From: a candidate division FCPU426 bacterium
GTDB lineage: Bacteria > Oederibacteriota > Muellerivitia > Muellerivitales > Muellerivitaceae
DNA: 64,000 nucleotides
Direction of reading: 5' to 3'
Assembly: GCA_963830915.1 (NCBI GenBank)
Contig: CAWHOE010000064.1
Span: 193,541-257,540 of the forward strand
Shown: positions 62,001 through 64,000 of the stretch, piece after piece
Layout: every line of letters starts with the position of its first letter
Position numbering within the stretch: position 1 is the stretch's first letter
The notes under the pieces: model-generated
Database searches by the model: none
Told to the model about the DNA's origin: nothing
The model's input: the letters and a program-made list of their open reading frames with translations, nothing else
Made by a program: the position numbers and the translations under genes

Positions 62001-64000
62001 CCGGGCCAAAGGCCATCCCCTGGGTGCTCCCGAACACGTTTGCCCCGATCGTCGACAAGGAAACCCCCTGCGTACTCACCACGTCGACCTGTTTGTGCCC
62101 CGCGTCGCTGATATACAGGTTCCCATCCGGCCCCTGCAACATCCCCTGCGGGTTGCTCGTGGGAACCCCGAACTGTCTTAAATACACTCCTTGTGATGTA
62201 AAGACCTGAACTAGATTGTTCCCGTTGTTCAGGACATAGACATACCCGTCATTCCCATAGACCACCCCGGCCGGGTTGGACATGTTCCCGCTCCAACTGA
62301 ACCCATTCGTCACGCAAGGCGGGGGGCCAGTCACCACCGTCGGGGTCGCCGTGGGCACCATCCCGCAGGGGTACCACTTGTCCACCCTTTGGTTGGACCA
62401 GTCCGCCACGTAAACATTCCCTGACGGGTCAAAGTCCATCCCCCAGGGATTGTTGAATTGTCCCGCTCCTCCCCCTCCCCCGCTGCCGAACGTCTCCCTC
62501 AGGTTTCCGTTCACGTCGTACACGTATAAATAACTGAAATACTCGTCCGTCTCCCACAAGAACCCGTTCGAGTCGAATTTCATCTGGTAGATGTTGATCT
62601 GGCCCTGGTTTTGACCCCATGTCCTGAGCGCCAGGCCGGAGGAATTGAATACCTCCACTCGGGTGTTGTATTGGTCCCATACATACACGTTGCCAGACCC
62701 ATCCACCGCCACCGCCTGGGGATTGCGCAGATCCCCCAAGTTGGTAGTTTCATTTCCTGATCCAAATTTCCTCAAAACAGCATGGGTCGACAGGCTAAAT
62801 TCCCTCACCACATTATCGGCGGGATCGGCCACGTACAGGTTCCCGTTGGGCCCCGGGCCAAAGGCCATCCCCTGGGTGCTCCCGAACACGTTTGCCCCGA
62901 TCGTCGACAAGGAAACCCCCTGCGTACTCACCACGTCGACCTGTTTGTGCCCCGCGTCGCTGATATACAGGTTCCCATCCGGCCCCTGCAACATCCCCTG
63001 CGGGTTGCTCGTGGGAACCCCGAACTGTCTTAAATACACTCCTTGTGATGTAAAGACCTGAACTAGATTGTTCCCGTTGTTCAGGACATAGACATACCCG
63101 TCATTCCCATAGACCACCCCGGCCGGGTTGGACATGTTCCCGCTCCAACTGAACCCATTCGTCACGCAAGGCGGGGGGCCAGTCACCACCGTCGGGGTCG
63201 CCGTGGGCACCATCCCGCAGGGGTACCACTTGTCCACCCTTTGGTTGGACCAGTCCGCCACGTAAACATTCCCTGACGGGTCAAAGTCCATCCCCCAGGG
63301 ATTGTTGAATTGTCCCGCTCCTCCCCCTCCCCCGCTGCCGAACGTCTCCCTCAGGTTTCCGTTCACGTCGTACACGTATAAATAACTGAAATACTCGTCC
63401 GTCTCCCACAAGAACCCGTTCGAGTCGAATTTCATCTGGTAGATGTTGATCTGGCCCTGGTTTTGACCCCATGTCCTGAGCGCCAGGCCGGAGGAATTGA
63501 ATACCTCCACTCGGGTGTTGTATTGGTCCCATACATACACGTTGCCAGACCCATCCACCGCCACCGCCTGGGGATTGCGCAGATCCCCCAAGTTGGTACT
63601 CGTGGCCCCTGTCCCGAACACCGTCACCGCCGTCCCGTTCACCTGGTATTCCCTCACCACATTGTCGGCGGGGTCGGCCACGTACAGGTTCCCGTTGGGC
63701 CCCGGGCCAAAGGCCATCCCCTGGGTGCTCCCGAACATATTTGCCCCGATCGTCGACAAGGAAACCCCCTGCGTACTCACCACGTCGACCTGTTTGTGCC
63801 CCGCGTCGCTGATATACAGGTTCCCATCCGGCCCCTGCAACATCCCCTGCGGGTTGCTCGTGGGAACCCCGAACTGTCTTAAATACACTCCTTGTGATGT
63901 AAAGACCTGAACTAGATTGTTCCCGTTGTTCAGGACATAGACATACCCGTCATTCCCATAGACCACCCCGGCCGGGTTGGACATGTTCCCGCTCCAACTG
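53040..64000 (-). CDS. Giant Rhs/YD-repeat polymorphic toxin (NHL x4+, CARDB, sugar-binding domain, malectin x3, YD shell, CT); 5' end outside window, +1 indel at 61881
   Basis: ORFs 61399..63984 and 53040..61862 join when one A is removed (CGCAGAATCC versus CGCAGATCC in the other repeats). KVGNFTLSFTDL shell start, YD repeats, YNLRARW..GRF, NNPIDRIDPSG (DPSG 53625-53636), 194-aa CT. Confidence 0.92.
60680..64000 (-). repeat. Tandem 849-852 bp intragenic repeats (NHL beta-propeller units), 4 copies in window
   Basis: MSNPAGVVYG ATGs at 63984, 63135, 62283 and 61433; near-identical DNA. Confidence 0.95.

Noticed and set aside
1..64000. Taxonomic assignment (PT-linker secreted proteins and GT39-PA14/TPR proteins suggest an uncultured candidate phylum)
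   Set aside because: No rRNA or ribosomal marker gene in the window; cannot be supported without a phylogenetic search.

Overview
Bacterial chromosomal window in three parts. (1) 1-11.3 kb: mixed membrane and housekeeping genes (MFS fragment, two ArnT/GT39-like glycosyltransferases, CstA, DUF4337-like, delta-9 desaturase, EamA, TM-PAS protein), plus a 14-codon Lys/Ala micro-ORF and a structured intergenic segment. (2) 11.6-42.8 kb: mostly minus-strand energy metabolism (Sdh with a single atypical anchor subunit, ferredoxin-NADP reductase, ferredoxin, 2-oxoacid:ferredoxin oxidoreductase, complete nuoA-N with two upstream Rex-type operators), followed by O-acyltransferases. (3) 42.8-64 kb: a polymorphic-toxin locus. 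A giant Rhs/YD gene, 5'-truncated by the window edge (at least 4 tandem NHL repeats of about 850 bp, CARDB, 3 malectin domains, YD shell, C-terminal toxin), is followed by orphan toxin/immunity cassettes and gene fragments. This array is punctuated by three intact 1017-bp elements, each an HUH/Y1 (RAYT-like) transposase gene inside 27-bp terminal inverted repeats. Cassettes break at the TIR ends, there are no target-site duplications, a short TTTGATA linker recurs at the junctions, element ends are locally re-copied, and an exact 89-bp piece of the Rhs core from about 4.5 kb away sits next to one TIR. The best candidate for an undescribed system is therefore a TIR-HUH-driven DNA capture/shuffling array that builds the Rhs toxin-immunity library (inference). 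Single-base frameshifts in sdhA, nuoG, nuoI, nuoN, a glycosyltransferase and the Rhs gene look like sequencing/assembly indels. All family assignments come from motif recognition by eye; no searches were run.
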